55,738 nt of DNA from Candidatus Dormiibacterota bacterium (GCA_049287785.1 JBAQGL010000007.1:1-55738), one strand, 5' to 3'. Numbered from the stretch's first letter, positions 10,432 through 21,262 are shown. Translations and numbers: made by a program. Notes: generated from the sequence alone by a model not told the origin.

Positions 10432-10908
10432 ATGGCAGATCTCGATGACGTCCGCATCGAAACCCTCGAGGATCACCAGGACGCCGACGTTCGAGCGATG
10501 CTCGTCGACCTCGCCCTCGCGGAGCAGCGGCACTACGACCATCCCGAGGAGAGCGCGGAGCAGCTGAGCGCGCGCCTCAGCACCGCTCCTCGATTCTCCG
10601 GCGAGAATCACATCCTGGTTGCCCGGTCCACGGGCGGCGAGGCGATCGGGCTCTGCTGGGTCGTGCTCTTCGACCCGGGAACCGGTCTCGAGGCGGAGAT
10701 CGCGGAGCTCTACGTCAGGCCCGGCGAGCGAGGCCAGGGCGTCGCTCGAAGCCTCATGGCCGAGGCGATGCAGCTCATCCGCACCCGCAACGTCACCTTC
10801 GCCTGCGTCTGGACTCGAGGTGACAACCAGGCTGCACTCGGCGCATACATCTCGGCCGGGTTCGCGCCGACCGAGCAGACCGTGCTCACCTGGCTCCCAC
10901 TCGAATAA
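10432..10908 (+). CDS. GNAT-family N-acetyltransferase
   Basis: The acetyl-CoA motif A region is IAELYVRPGERGQGVARSLMAEAM. Size is about 158 aa. Confidence 0.8.
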   Translation: MADLDDVRIETLEDHQDADVRAMLVDLALAEQRHYDHPEESAEQLSARLSTAPRFSGENHILVARSTGGEAIGLCWVVLFDPGTGLEAEIAELYVRPGERGQGVARSLMAEAMQLIRTRNVTFACVWTRGDNQAALGAYISAGFAPTEQTVLTWLPLE

Positions 10909-10936
10909 GTCGAGCGGCCGGGATAATAGCCGCTCC

Positions 10937-11239
10937 ATGACCCTTTCCCGCGCCGAGGTCGACCACGTCGCGACCCTCGCCCGTCTCGGCCTGAGCGATG
11001 CGGAGAAGGAACGCCTCCTCGGTGAGCTGGAGGCGATCCTCGACCACATCACGCGGCTGCAGCGGGTTGATACGTCGACGCTGGCCGAGACCGCGCAGGT
11101 CGGCGACCTCGTCAACGTCATGCGTGCCGACGTCCCCGAGGAGCCGATCGGCGCCGCAGCGGCGCTGCGCAACGCTCCCGCGACGGACGGCAGCTACTTC
11201 GTGGTTGGGGCGATCCAGGGCACGGAACTTGACGCCTAG
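10937..11239 (+). CDS. gatC: Asp/Glu-tRNA(Asn/Gln) amidotransferase subunit C
   Basis: MTLSRAEVDHVATLARLGLSDAEKERLLGELEAILDHITRLQRVDT is the classic GatC N-terminus. It lies first in a gatCAB string. Confidence 0.9.
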   Translation: MTLSRAEVDHVATLARLGLSDAEKERLLGELEAILDHITRLQRVDTSTLAETAQVGDLVNVMRADVPEEPIGAAAALRNAPATDGSYFVVGAIQGTELDA

Positions 11240-12692
11240 AACCATCACCGAGCTCGCGGCCGCGCTTCGCGACGGCAGCACGACACCACGCGCGCTCCTC
11301 GACACCGCGCTCGCGCACGTCGATCGGACCGAGAAGGACCTGAACGCGTACCTCGCGGTCACGGGCGAGCTTGGCATCGCGCAGGCCGATGCCGCTGCGC
11401 AGATGCTCGAGGAGCATCCCGACACCGCGTCCCCACTGTGCGGCATCCCGATGGCGCTCAAGGATGTGCTCTGCGTCGAAGGTATCGACACGACCGCGGG
11501 CTCGAAGATCCTGCGCGGGTTCAAGCCCCCGTACACCGGCACAGCCGTGCAGCGATTGTTCGACGCCGGCGCGGTGTGTGTCGGCAAGACCAACTGCGAC
11601 GAGTTCGCGATGGGGTCTTCCACCGAGAACTCCGCATACGGGCCGGTGGGCAACCCGTGGGACATCGAGCGCGTGCCGGGCGGGAGCAGCGGGGGAAGTG
11701 CTGCAACCGTGGCCGCGGGATCGGTGCCGTACTCACTCGGCACCGACACGGGCGGGTCGATCCGTCAGCCCGCCGCGCTGACCGGCGTGGTCGGATTCAA
11801 GCCGACCTATGGGCGCGTTTCCCGTTATGGGCTCATCGCTTTCGCGTCGTCGCTCGACCAGATCGGTCCGTTCACCCGCACCGTGGAGGACTGCGCGCTG
11901 GTCTACGCGGCGATCGCCGGCCACGATCCGCGTGACAGCACCTCGGATCCCCGCGCGGTCGAGGATCCGCTCGCATCCCTGCACGCGGGGGTTGCCGGAA
12001 TGCGCCTCGGCATCCCGCGCGAATATCTCGGCGAGGGAACCGAGCCCGGCGTTCGCGACGCCGTGCAGGCGGCCTTTCGAGTCCTCGAGGCGCAGGGCGC
12101 GACGCTGCAGGAGGTGTCGCTGCCGAGCACCGATGTTGCGCTCAGCGTCTACTACATCATCGCTCCCGCGGAGTGCTCGTCGAACCTCGCGCGGTACGAC
12201 GGCGTGCGTTTCGGGAGCCGCGTCGAGCGGCCGTCACTCACCGACATGTACCTGCAGACGCGTGGCGAAGGCTTCGGCAACGAGGTCAAGCGTCGGGTGA
12301 TGCTGGGCACCTACGCGCTCTCGAGTGGCTATTACGACGCGTACTACCGCCAGGCGCAGAAGGTCCGGACGCTCGTGAGCCAGGAATTCGATGCGGTGTT
12401 CACGGAGGTGGACGCCATCGTCTGCCCCACGTCACCGAGCGTGGCCTTTCCGATGGGATCGCGCGACGATCCGCTCTCCATGTACATGTGCGACGTGGTG
12501 ACGCTGCCGGCGAACCTCGCGGGCATTCCGGGCATCTCGGTGCCGTGCGGGTTCGTCGACGGGCTCCCGGTCGGGCTGCAGGTCATCGCTCCGCGCTTCG
12601 AGGATGCGCGCGTCCTCCAGGTGGCGCACGCATACGAGCAGGCGACCGGCTTCCACGCGGAGCTGTCGCCATACGCGAGCGCAGCCGAATGA
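11229..12692 (+). CDS. gatA: Asp/Glu-tRNA(Asn/Gln) amidotransferase subunit A
   Basis: Amidase signature GGSSGGSAATVAAG and DTGGSIRQPAA. Start inferred at TTG 11229, overlapping the gatC stop; the start is uncertain. Confidence 0.9.
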   Translation: MTPRTITELAAALRDGSTTPRALLDTALAHVDRTEKDLNAYLAVTGELGIAQADAAAQMLEEHPDTASPLCGIPMALKDVLCVEGIDTTAGSKILRGFKPPYTGTAVQRLFDAGAVCVGKTNCDEFAMGSSTENSAYGPVGNPWDIERVPGGSSGGSAATVAAGSVPYSLGTDTGGSIRQPAALTGVVGFKPTYGRVSRYGLIAFASSLDQIGPFTRTVEDCALVYAAIAGHDPRDSTSDPRAVEDPLASLHAGVAGMRLGIPREYLGEGTEPGVRDAVQAAFRVLEAQGATLQEVSLPSTDVALSVYYIIAPAECSSNLARYDGVRFGSRVERPSLTDMYLQTRGEGFGNEVKRRVMLGTYALSSGYYDAYYRQAQKVRTLVSQEFDAVFTEVDAIVCPTSPSVAFPMGSRDDPLSMYMCDVVTLPANLAGIPGISVPCGFVDGLPVGLQVIAPRFEDARVLQVAHAYEQATGFHAELSPYASAAE

Positions 12693-14170
12693 CCGAGACC
12701 GCCACGATTGCGACGGCGTTGGATCGGTACGAGGTGGTCATCGGCCTCGAGGTGCACGCGCAGCTGCTGACGCGCAGCAAGATGTTCTGCCCGTGCCCGG
12801 CGGACTACACGAATGCCGCTCCGAACGCGAACACCTGCCCGGTGTGCCTCGGACTTCCCGGTGTCCTGCCGACGATCAACCAGCAGGCCGTGGACTTCAC
12901 GGTGCGCACCGCGCTCGCATTGCACTGCGACATTCCGCCCTTCACGAAGTTCGACAGGAAGAACTACTTCTACCCGGACCTGCCCAAGGGCTATCAGATC
13001 TCGCAATACGACCTGCCCCTCTCCGTCAACGGCCTGCTCGAGTTTCCCGTCGGCGGTGAGACGGTTCGATGCGGCATCACCCGCGTTCACCTGGAGGAGG
13101 ACACGGGAACGATGCACCACGCCGGCGACGTGCTGCAGAGCGCGACCTCGTCGCTGATCGATCTCAATCGGTGCGGCGTCCCGCTCATGGAGATCGTCGG
13201 AGAGCCGGACCTGCGCACGCCGGAGGCCGCGCGCGAATACCTGGTGCGCCTGCGCCAGATCCTCACCTACATCGGGGTGAATGACGGGAACCTCGAGAAG
13301 GGATCCTTTCGCTGCGACGCCAACGTCTCCCTCCGGCCGCGGGGCCAGCACGAGCTCGGCGTGAAGGTCGAGGTCAAGAACATGAACTCATTCCGGGCCG
13401 TGCAACGGGCGCTCGAGTCCGAGATCGAGCGCCAGACCGGCGTGCTCGATGCGGGTGGAACCCTCGTGCAGGAGACGCGCGGCTGGGTCGAGGCGCAGGG
13501 GCGCACGATCTCGCAGCGCAGCAAGGAGCAGGCACACGACTACCGATACTTCCCGGAGCCCGATCTGCCGCCGCTCCGGCTGGATGCGGCGTTCGTCGAG
13601 CGGGTGCGGTCGACGCTGCCTGAGCTTCCCGAGGCCCGGGCGCATCGTTTCCAGGAGCAGTACGGGCTGACCGCGTATGACGCTGCGGTGCTCACCGACA
13701 CGCGCGACGAGGCAGACACCTATGAGACGCTCGTCGCCGCTGGAGTTCCCGCCAAACTTGCCGCCAACTGGCAGAGCGGCGATGTCGCCGCGCTGGCCAA
13801 TGAGCACCGGATGCCTCTGCAGCACAGCGGGCTGGGCATCGAGGGTCTCGCCGGCCTGCTCCGCCTCGTCGATGCCGGCACGATCAACGGGCCGACCGCC
13901 AAGGAGCTGCTCGCCGAGCTCTATGTCACCGGTGGCAATCCGGAGGCGCTGGTTCGGGATCGCGGCCTGGCCCAGGTCAGCGACACGGCCGAGCTCAGTG
14001 CGCTCGTCGATGGTGCCATCGCAGCCAACCCCGCTGCTGCGGCGGACTTCCGCGCCGGCAAGCAGCAGGCGCTTGGGCAGCTGATGCGCGCGGTCAAGGA
14101 CGCTACCGGTGGCAAGGCCGACATGCCGCTGGTGAACCGGCTGCTGCGCGATCGGCTCTCGGAGCAGTAG
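12689..14170 (+). CDS. gatB: Asp/Glu-tRNA(Asn/Gln) amidotransferase subunit B
   Basis: YEVVIGLEVHAQLLTRSKMFC, RKNYFYPDLPKGYQISQ and CDANVSLRP. The ATG at 12689 overlaps the gatA stop (ATGA). Confidence 0.95.
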   Translation: MTETATIATALDRYEVVIGLEVHAQLLTRSKMFCPCPADYTNAAPNANTCPVCLGLPGVLPTINQQAVDFTVRTALALHCDIPPFTKFDRKNYFYPDLPKGYQISQYDLPLSVNGLLEFPVGGETVRCGITRVHLEEDTGTMHHAGDVLQSATSSLIDLNRCGVPLMEIVGEPDLRTPEAAREYLVRLRQILTYIGVNDGNLEKGSFRCDANVSLRPRGQHELGVKVEVKNMNSFRAVQRALESEIERQTGVLDAGGTLVQETRGWVEAQGRTISQRSKEQAHDYRYFPEPDLPPLRLDAAFVERVRSTLPELPEARAHRFQEQYGLTAYDAAVLTDTRDEADTYETLVAAGVPAKLAANWQSGDVAALANEHRMPLQHSGLGIEGLAGLLRLVDAGTINGPTAKELLAELYVTGGNPEALVRDRGLAQVSDTAELSALVDGAIAANPAAAADFRAGKQQALGQLMRAVKDATGGKADMPLVNRLLRDRLSEQ

Positions 14171-14175
14171 CCCCG

Positions 14176-15453
14176 GTGCGTCTTGGACGCATGGTCCATG
14201 GCGGACTGTGCCTTGCCCACGACGACAACGGAGCGACGATGCTCGTCGAGGGCGGCATCCCGGGGGAGGACGTCGAGATCTCGGTCCGGTACAAGAAGGG
14301 ATCGACGTCCTTTGCCGAGGTGGTGCGGGTCATCGATGCGTCGCCGCACCGGGTCACACCACCCTGTCCGTACGTGCCGAAATGCGGCGGCTGCCAGCTC
14401 CAGCACGTTGCGTACGCGCACCAGGTCGAGCTGAAGCGCGACATCGTGCTCGACGCCCTGCACCGGCAGCACATCGAGCATCCCGCGCCGCGCATGTATG
14501 CGGTCGACGAGCCCTGGCGGTATCGCATTCGCGGTGAGTTCCACGTCATCGCCGGCACGGAGTCCACGCCGCCGGCGCTCGGGTTCAATCGCGCACGAAG
14601 CTGGCGGCCGATCGCCGTCGACGACTGCCTCATCCATCACCCTCGTATCACCACGGCACTGCCCGCGCTGCGCAAGCTCCTCGATTCCAGCGCCACAAAT
14701 GCGCTCGGCACGGTCCACCTGACCGTCGGTGAGGAGGGGCAGGAGCTGCTCATCCACGCCAAGCCTGCGAGGGGATTGGCGAGCGGTGCGCTCGACGGCG
14801 GTCTCGATCTTCCCGACGGCGGACGGGTCAGCACGACGTCGACGACGCTCCGCTGGCGGGGGATGACCTTTCGGGTCACGCCGGACGCGTTCATCCAGGT
14901 CAACTGGGCGCAGATGGACGTGCTGTACCAGTGCGTCATCGACGCGCTCGGCGGTCATGCGGGGCTGCGCGTGGTTGACGCCTACGCGGGGATCGGCGTG
15001 CTGGCGAGCTACCTCGCAGTCGAGGCGCGCGAGGTCGTGTGCATCGAGAGCAACCGCGGTGCCGCGCAGCTCGGCGTGCTCAACGCGCGCGTCAACGATG
15101 TCGCGGATCGCATGCATTTCGTGCTGTCGCCTGTGGAGGATGCCCTGCCGCGCGTCGGCGCCGCGGAGATGGCCGACCTGGTGATCCTCGATCCGCCACG
15201 TGCAGGGTGCTCGGGCCGCGTCACCGGGTGGCTCGCGCTCGCCGGCCCGGAGCGAGTGGTGTACGTCTCGTGCGATCCCGCGACCCTCGCTCGCGACCTG
15301 CACACGCTCGTCGCGTCGGGCCCCTATCGCGTGGACTCGCTCGACATCGTCGACATGTTTCCGCAGACCTATCACGTGGAGAGTGTCGTCAGGCTCAGCC
15401 GCGTCGCAGCGCCCGTCGAGGACGAGGCGGCGGAGGTTGTCGGCACCCGCTGA
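14176..15453 (+). CDS. TRAM-domain class I SAM-dependent RNA (uracil-5-)-methyltransferase, RlmD/RumA-like
   Basis: The Fe-S Cys cluster is CPYVPKCGGCQLQH. SAM motif VVDAYAGIGVL. C-terminal VILDPPRAGC...VVYVSCDPATLARD...DMFPQTYHVE. Confidence 0.85.
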   Translation: MRLGRMVHGGLCLAHDDNGATMLVEGGIPGEDVEISVRYKKGSTSFAEVVRVIDASPHRVTPPCPYVPKCGGCQLQHVAYAHQVELKRDIVLDALHRQHIEHPAPRMYAVDEPWRYRIRGEFHVIAGTESTPPALGFNRARSWRPIAVDDCLIHHPRITTALPALRKLLDSSATNALGTVHLTVGEEGQELLIHAKPARGLASGALDGGLDLPDGGRVSTTSTTLRWRGMTFRVTPDAFIQVNWAQMDVLYQCVIDALGGHAGLRVVDAYAGIGVLASYLAVEAREVVCIESNRGAAQLGVLNARVNDVADRMHFVLSPVEDALPRVGAAEMADLVILDPPRAGCSGRVTGWLALAGPERVVYVSCDPATLARDLHTLVASGPYRVDSLDIVDMFPQTYHVESVVRLSRVAAPVEDEAAEVVGTR

Positions 15454-15540
15454 GGGGTACCCTCAATACCCGCGGCGGCGGGTCGCTGCGGAGTGGTAGC
15501 GTACGTCTGTTCGTTGTCATCGTGAGACCCAGGAGGCAGT

Positions 15541-18500
15541 GTGGAGGAGCCATCCGCGACCGGCAACGAGATCGCGTCCGGAGGCTTTGCTCACCTGCAT
15601 ACGCACAGCGAGTTCTCGCTGCTCGACGGTGCGTCACGCGTCAAGGAGCTCATCGACAGCGCCAAGGCGATGGGCCAGACGGCAATCGCCATCACCGACC
15701 ACGGCGTCCTCTATGGAGCGGTCGATTTCTACGCCACCGCGCGTGCGGCAAAGATCAACCCCGTGCTCGGCTGTGAGATGTACATGGCACCGCGCTCGCG
15801 CCACGATCGCGAGGGCCGGACCGACCGCGATCCCAACCACCTCATCCTGCTCGCGCGCAACGATGCCGGCTATCGCAACCTCATCAAGCTGGTCAGTACT
15901 GCGCACCTCGAGGGCTACTACTACAAGCCCCGCATCGATCGCGAGCTGCTCGCGGAGCATGCCGAGGGTCTGATCTGCCTCTCCGCGTGTCTCGGCGGCG
16001 AGCTGCCCCAGGCGATCCTCCGTGGCGACTTGGCCGCCGCCGAGACTGTGGCTCGTGACCACGCGGAGATCTTTGGCGCCGACAACTATTTCCTCGAGCT
16101 CCAGGATCACGGCATCCCCGAGGAGGACACGGTGCGCGCCGGCCTGGTCGAGATCGCGCGTCGTACCGGCCTGCCGCTCGTCGCCACCAACGACTCGCAC
16201 TACATCAAGCCAGAGGACGCCGAGGCGCACGACATCCTGCTCTGCCTGCAGACGGGTGCGCGGCGAGAGGAGGAGAAGCGGTTCCGTTTCTCGGGCCCCG
16301 CGTATTACCTCGCGAGCACGCAGCAGATGCGCGAGCGGTTCGCGGCGTACGGGGAAGCCGTCGCAAACACCATGGCAATCGCGAATCGGTGCCACGTCGA
16401 GATTCCGCTGGGGCAGAACCTTCTACCGACGTACTCGCCGATCCCCGAAGGCCTTGATGCCGATACGTATCTTCACGAGCTGTGCGAGGCGGGTGTGCGC
16501 GAACGATACGCGGATGCGGTGAACGACGAGGTCCGCCAGCGTTTGGACATGGAGCTCGGCGTCATCCGTGAGACGGGATTCTCCGCGTACTTCCTGATCG
16601 TCTGGGATCTGATCCGGGCGGCACGGTGCGACGGTGTTCGCGTCGGCCCGGGGCGCGGGAGCGCAGCCGGTTCGGTGGTGAGCTACGTGCTCCGCATCAC
16701 CGACATCGAGCCGCTCCGGTACGGGCTCATCTTCGAGCGTTTCCTCAACCGCGAACGCGTGCAGATGCCCGATATCGACATCGATTTCGACGATCGTGGG
16801 CGCGATCGCGTCCTCACCTACGTACAGGAGAAGTACGGACGCGACCGTGTCGCGCAGATCATCACGTTCGGAACCATGGCCGCCCGAGCCGCGATCCGCG
16901 ACGTTGGACGGGTGCTCAATGTCCCCCTCCCGGATGTCGACCGGCTCGCGAAGCTGGTGCCGCAGGTGGTGAACATCACCCTGAAGCAGGCGCTCGAGGA
17001 GAGCCGCGAGCTGAAGGAGCTCTACGACCACGAGGAGTGGGCACGGCACATCATCGACAACGCGAAGCGGCTGGAGGGGATCTGCCGCAACGCGTCAACG
17101 CACGCCGCAGCCGTCGTCATCGGCTCGGAGCCGCTCGCCAATATCGTGCCGTTGCAGCGCTCGACCGCGGGCGACGGTACTGCGGTGACGCAGTACGACA
17201 TGAACGGCGTGTCGCAGATTGGACTGCTGAAGATTGATCTGCTCGGGTTGTCCAACCTGACGGTTATCGACGACGCCGCCCAGATGGTTCGGACGTACCG
17301 GGGCATCGATCTCGACATCGACCAGATTCCACTCGACGACGCCAAGACGTACGAACTCCTCGGCAAGGCCGATACGCATGGCATCTTCCAGCTCGAAGCG
17401 ACGTTCGCCAAGCGAATCCTCATGGACATGCAACCCAAGTGCCTCGAGGACATGGGCGTTGCGGTGGCGCTCAACCGTCCGGGCCCAATCGAGGGCGGCG
17501 CCACCGGAACGTGGATGCGACGCAAGCGCGGCGAGGAACCGGTGACCTACATGCTCCCCGAGCTCGAACCGATTCTCAAGGAGACATACGGAGCGATCCT
17601 CTACCAGGATCAGGTCATGAAGATCGCGTCGGCCGTCGCCGGCTTCACGCTCGGCGAAGCCGACGTTCTGCGCGCCGCGATGGGCAAGAAGGACAAGGTC
17701 AAGATGGCCAAGCAGCGCGAGCAGTTCCTGAGCGGTGCTTCCGCGCGAGGCGTCGCGGCTGAAACCGCGCTCGAGCTCTTCGAGCTCATTGCCAAGTTCG
17801 CCGGGTACGGATTCAATGGGGCGCATTCGATGGCCTACGGGCTCATCGCCTACCAGACCGCCTACCTCAAGGCGAACTACCCGCGCGAGTACATGACCGC
17901 GCTGCTCAACAGCCGCGCCGATAACTTTGACAGGCTCAAGCAATCGATTCTCGATGCGCATGCGCGCGGGCTCGTGGTCCGACCCCCGGATGTCAACCGC
18001 AGCTCATCAGCCTTCAGCCTCGGCGATGAAGCTCAGGGCGAGATTCTCTACGGGCTTCGGCACATCAAGAACGTCGGTGAGCGCGTCGCCGCGGAGATCG
18101 TTGCGGAACGTGAGGCGGCCGGTCCCTTCGTCTCACTCTTCGACCTCTGCCTGCGCGTGGCGAGCCGTGACCTCAACCGTCGCGTCGTCGAGGCGCTGAT
18201 CCGGAGCGGTGCGTGCGATTCCCTCGGCGAGCGCGGCGCGATGCTGGCAGTGCTCGACCGGGTCATCGATCGTGCGGCATCGATCCGCCGGGAGCGCGAA
18301 TCGGGTCAGACGTCCCTGTTCGGCGACACCGTGGTGTTGATCGAGCCGGTGTCGCAGGCCGCGGACGACCTTGACGGCCGCGACGTCAGCGGTCCGTTCG
18401 CGATCGCCGCCGACGAGCGGTTGAGCTGGGAGCGCGAGTTTCTCGGCATGTATCTGAGCGACCACCCGCTGCGGCGAATCGCGGGCGAGCTGCAGCAGCG

Positions 18501-19152
18501 GGTGGATACCACCATCAACGAGCTGGGAGCGCATCTCGACGGGCTCATCGTCCAGGTGGGTGGCGCGATCCGTGACATGCGCACCTTCGTGCCGCGCCGG
18601 AGCACGACCGGACAGCGGATGGCCGCATTGCAGATCGAGGACCTCACCGGCAGCGTCGAGGTCGTGGTGTTTGCTCGCGTGTTCGAGGAGTGCGTGTCGG
18701 CGTTGCGGCCGGATGCGGTGATCGTCGTGCGCGGCAAGGTCGAGGCGGGGCGCACCGTCGCCGGCGGAACGTCCACCCCCGGCGAGGAGGAAGAGCGCAT
18801 CGACCTCGAGCCGCCGCAGATCCTCGCCGAAGCCGTGTACGCGTATGACGATCCGCGCCTGGCCACCTGGCGCCGGGACAGCACCGTGCACATCAGCGTC
18901 AACGCCTCGCAGATCGGCATTCTCGGCGCACTCCGGCACGCGCTCGAGGAGCACCAGGGCGATTGCGCGGTGGTCCTCCACGTCGACTCGGGGACGAGCG
19001 TCGACGAGATCACGCTCGCCGTCGACTTCGCCGTCGAACCGTGTCCTGCGCTCGAGCGAGCCGTGGAAGTTCTGGTGGGTGACAACGCCTATCGCATCGA
19101 GATGCGTCGCGTCCGCGCGCCGGAACGGGAGCGCACAGCCGCCCGGCGCTGA
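15541..19152 (+). CDS. dnaE: DNA polymerase III alpha subunit
   Basis: PHP domain FAHLHTHSEFSLLDGA...ITDHGVLYG. Polymerase core PDIDIDF..., GLLKIDLLGL, YGFNGAHSMAYG. 1203 aa. Confidence 0.97.
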   Translation: MEEPSATGNEIASGGFAHLHTHSEFSLLDGASRVKELIDSAKAMGQTAIAITDHGVLYGAVDFYATARAAKINPVLGCEMYMAPRSRHDREGRTDRDPNHLILLARNDAGYRNLIKLVSTAHLEGYYYKPRIDRELLAEHAEGLICLSACLGGELPQAILRGDLAAAETVARDHAEIFGADNYFLELQDHGIPEEDTVRAGLVEIARRTGLPLVATNDSHYIKPEDAEAHDILLCLQTGARREEEKRFRFSGPAYYLASTQQMRERFAAYGEAVANTMAIANRCHVEIPLGQNLLPTYSPIPEGLDADTYLHELCEAGVRERYADAVNDEVRQRLDMELGVIRETGFSAYFLIVWDLIRAARCDGVRVGPGRGSAAGSVVSYVLRITDIEPLRYGLIFERFLNRERVQMPDIDIDFDDRGRDRVLTYVQEKYGRDRVAQIITFGTMAARAAIRDVGRVLNVPLPDVDRLAKLVPQVVNITLKQALEESRELKELYDHEEWARHIIDNAKRLEGICRNASTHAAAVVIGSEPLANIVPLQRSTAGDGTAVTQYDMNGVSQIGLLKIDLLGLSNLTVIDDAAQMVRTYRGIDLDIDQIPLDDAKTYELLGKADTHGIFQLEATFAKRILMDMQPKCLEDMGVAVALNRPGPIEGGATGTWMRRKRGEEPVTYMLPELEPILKETYGAILYQDQVMKIASAVAGFTLGEADVLRAAMGKKDKVKMAKQREQFLSGASARGVAAETALELFELIAKFAGYGFNGAHSMAYGLIAYQTAYLKANYPREYMTALLNSRADNFDRLKQSILDAHARGLVVRPPDVNRSSSAFSLGDEAQGEILYGLRHIKNVGERVAAEIVAEREAAGPFVSLFDLCLRVASRDLNRRVVEALIRSGACDSLGERGAMLAVLDRVIDRAASIRRERESGQTSLFGDTVVLIEPVSQAADDLDGRDVSGPFAIAADERLSWEREFLGMYLSDHPLRRIAGELQQRVDTTINELGAHLDGLIVQVGGAIRDMRTFVPRRSTTGQRMAALQIEDLTGSVEVVVFARVFEECVSALRPDAVIVVRGKVEAGRTVAGGTSTPGEEEERIDLEPPQILAEAVYAYDDPRLATWRRDSTVHISVNASQIGILGALRHALEEHQGDCAVVLHVDSGTSVDEITLAVDFAVEPCPALERAVEVLVGDNAYRIEMRRVRAPERERTAARR

Positions 19153-19164
19153 CGCCGATCAGAG

Positions 19165-19725
19165 CTAGGGAAAGATCAATCGGAAGACGATCTTGATCGC
19201 GATGATCACGATGATGTACATGATCAGCGCAGCGATCGCCGGGACGTCCAGCGCGGCGGTGGTTCCGCGACGATGCAGGGCGGCGAAAGGGGAGACCAGC
19301 GGGTTGGTCACCGACCGGATCATCTGCACCAACGGATGCCACGGGTCGGCATGGAACACCGCGAGCAGCACACGTATGAAGACGAGGATCGCAATCGCAA
19401 TTGCGACATCCACCACCACCTGCTCGATGAGCAGAGCGACGGTCTGGCCCGCGTTGATGCCGCCACCGAGGACCAGTGTCTGCAGGAGCTGCGCCACGAT
19501 GTTGATGACCACGAGCGCGAGGATCGGCGAGAAGTCGAGGCCGCTGAAGGTGGGGAGGATGCGTCGAAAGGGCGCGAGGATTGGATCGACGATGACGCGC
19601 AACCATCGAACCACCGGGTGCCACGGGCTGAGGCCGATCCATGACACAGCGATGCGCGCGATGATCAGGACCGTCAGCGCCACCTCGATGAAGCCGATGA
19701 CGTTGTAAAGAAAGAGCTGGGTCAC
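19165..19725 (-). CDS. yggT: YggT-family membrane protein with two tandem YggT-like halves
   Basis: Two repeats share the pattern ...ARI.VSW......P..R....V..P.L.PFRR..P (first half ARIAVSWIGLSPWHPVVRWLRVIVDPILAPFRRILP; second half HADPWHPLVQMIRSVTNPLVSPF). Confidence 0.7.
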   Translation of the reverse strand: MTQLFLYNVIGFIEVALTVLIIARIAVSWIGLSPWHPVVRWLRVIVDPILAPFRRILPTFSGLDFSPILALVVINIVAQLLQTLVLGGGINAGQTVALLIEQVVVDVAIAIAILVFIRVLLAVFHADPWHPLVQMIRSVTNPLVSPFAALHRRGTTAALDVPAIAALIMYIIVIIAIKIVFRLIFP

Positions 19726-20627
19726 CGAGCTGTTGCCGGCTCCTGAGCGGCGGCCGGTTCAACCGGGAAACGTTTCTCGAACCGCGAGTTGGTGCGCCGC
19801 CACAGCAGGTAGAGGAGGGGAACGCCGATCACCAGCGTCGCGATCGACGTCCATTGCGCCTCACGCAGCCCGAGTGGTCCCGGCGGCTCGCTCTTGCGAA
19901 ACTCGAACAGGATCAGCTGGCTGATCGCATACAGCGCGACGTAGACGATGGCGAGCACCCCTGGACGCACATTCCGTCGAAGCAGCACCCAGAGGATGAG
20001 CCCGATACAGATGGTTCCGAGCGCCTCGTACACCGCCGCGGGCTGATAGGCGATGCACTGGGTCCGTGTGCAGAGGCTGAACCCAGTCTGCAGGATTGCG
20101 TGTAGATTCGAGTACGCGGTCGCCCAGGGAAGGTTGCTCGGCGCACCCAGGATGTCGCCGTTGATGACGTTGCCGATGCGTCCGATCGGCTGACCAACCA
20201 CGGCGAAGATGACACCGCCGTCGAGCGCGATCCAGGGGTTGTAGCCGTAGCGCCATGCGCAGATCGCGAGGGTGATGAAGCCGGCGATGATGGCGCCGAA
20301 GAAGGCCATGCCACCCTGCCAGAACGCGATGATGTTGATGGGGTGGAGGATGTAGTTCTGCCACAGGTCGGGCTGCTGAACGACGTAGTACAACCGGCCG
20401 CCGAGCAGCCCGAAGATGATCGTCCAGACACAGATCTTCTCGGCGACCGCTTTGGGGAGCCCGCGGCGCTTCGCGTACGGAAGCACGCCGAACTGATACG
20501 CGGCAAGGAATGCCACCGCATACATGACCCCGTACCAGTGGATCGGCAGGGGCCCCAGATTCAGGACCGGGTCGACGTTGATGGTGATGAAGCCGACCGG
20601 GCCGGGGCTAACGGGCACGGCGCTCAT
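19722..20627 (-). CDS. lgt: Prolipoprotein diacylglyceryl transferase
   Basis: PIHWYGVMYAVAFLAAY..., GLLGGRLYYV, GGMAFFGAIIAG and GRIGNVINGD are Lgt signatures. Start set at MSAVPV (20627). Confidence 0.9.
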   Translation of the reverse strand: MSAVPVSPGPVGFITINVDPVLNLGPLPIHWYGVMYAVAFLAAYQFGVLPYAKRRGLPKAVAEKICVWTIIFGLLGGRLYYVVQQPDLWQNYILHPINIIAFWQGGMAFFGAIIAGFITLAICAWRYGYNPWIALDGGVIFAVVGQPIGRIGNVINGDILGAPSNLPWATAYSNLHAILQTGFSLCTRTQCIAYQPAAVYEALGTICIGLILWVLLRRNVRPGVLAIVYVALYAISQLILFEFRKSEPPGPLGLREAQWTSIATLVIGVPLLYLLWRRTNSRFEKRFPVEPAAAQEPATAR

Positions 20628-21240
20628 GATGCGGAGTTCCGGCGGCCGCATGCACCTCGAGGATGCGATAGCCGCCCTTCGACCTGACCCGTTCGACGCG
20701 ATGACCGAGACCCGCCAGCCACGCGGCGAGCGAATCGGCGCCGAGATGACGCTGGACGACCAGGGTCGCAACCGCATCCGGTTCCAGGCGGCCGATCCAG
20801 GCGAGGAGCAGTTCGTGGAGACCCTCCTTGCCGAGCCGGACCGGCGGGGTGGAGGAGACCGCGGCGAACCTGATGCCGCCTGGGACCGCGTCCGGCTCGG
20901 CGGGGACGACATTGCCCGCGCCTGCACGCTCGGCGTTGCGCGCGCAGAGGTCGAGGGCGCGGCGGTTGACATCCACCGCCCACACCCGAGCGTCCGGGTT
21001 GCGGAGCGCCACGGTGATGGCGATCGCGCCGTATCCGCATCCGACGTCGATCACCTCTCCCGGCGGGACCGCGGGCAGGCTTCGGAGCAGGAGATCGGTA
21101 CCGAAGTCGAGATGACCGTGCGCAAAGACACCGCGGTCGGTGTCGAGCTCGAAGGTCCGGTCCGGGAGCGTCACCCGGATCGTCCTCGGACGCGAGGCGA
21201 CCGCCGGATCCGGGCTGAAGTAGTGATCCTGGCCCACCAT
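20608..21240 (-). CDS. Class I SAM-dependent methyltransferase (RsmC/RlmG-like small methyltransferase domain)
   Basis: F.LDTDRGVFAHGHLDFGTDLL....GEVIDVGCGYGAIAI...AVDVN..AL......N. Start set at MVGQDHYF (21240). The 3' end overlaps the lgt start by 20 nt. Confidence 0.8.
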   Translation of the reverse strand: MVGQDHYFSPDPAVASRPRTIRVTLPDRTFELDTDRGVFAHGHLDFGTDLLLRSLPAVPPGEVIDVGCGYGAIAITVALRNPDARVWAVDVNRRALDLCARNAERAGAGNVVPAEPDAVPGGIRFAAVSSTPPVRLGKEGLHELLLAWIGRLEPDAVATLVVQRHLGADSLAAWLAGLGHRVERVRSKGGYRILEVHAAAGTPHHERRAR

Positions 21241-21262
21241 CGCAGGGTAGTAGGCTGCGCCG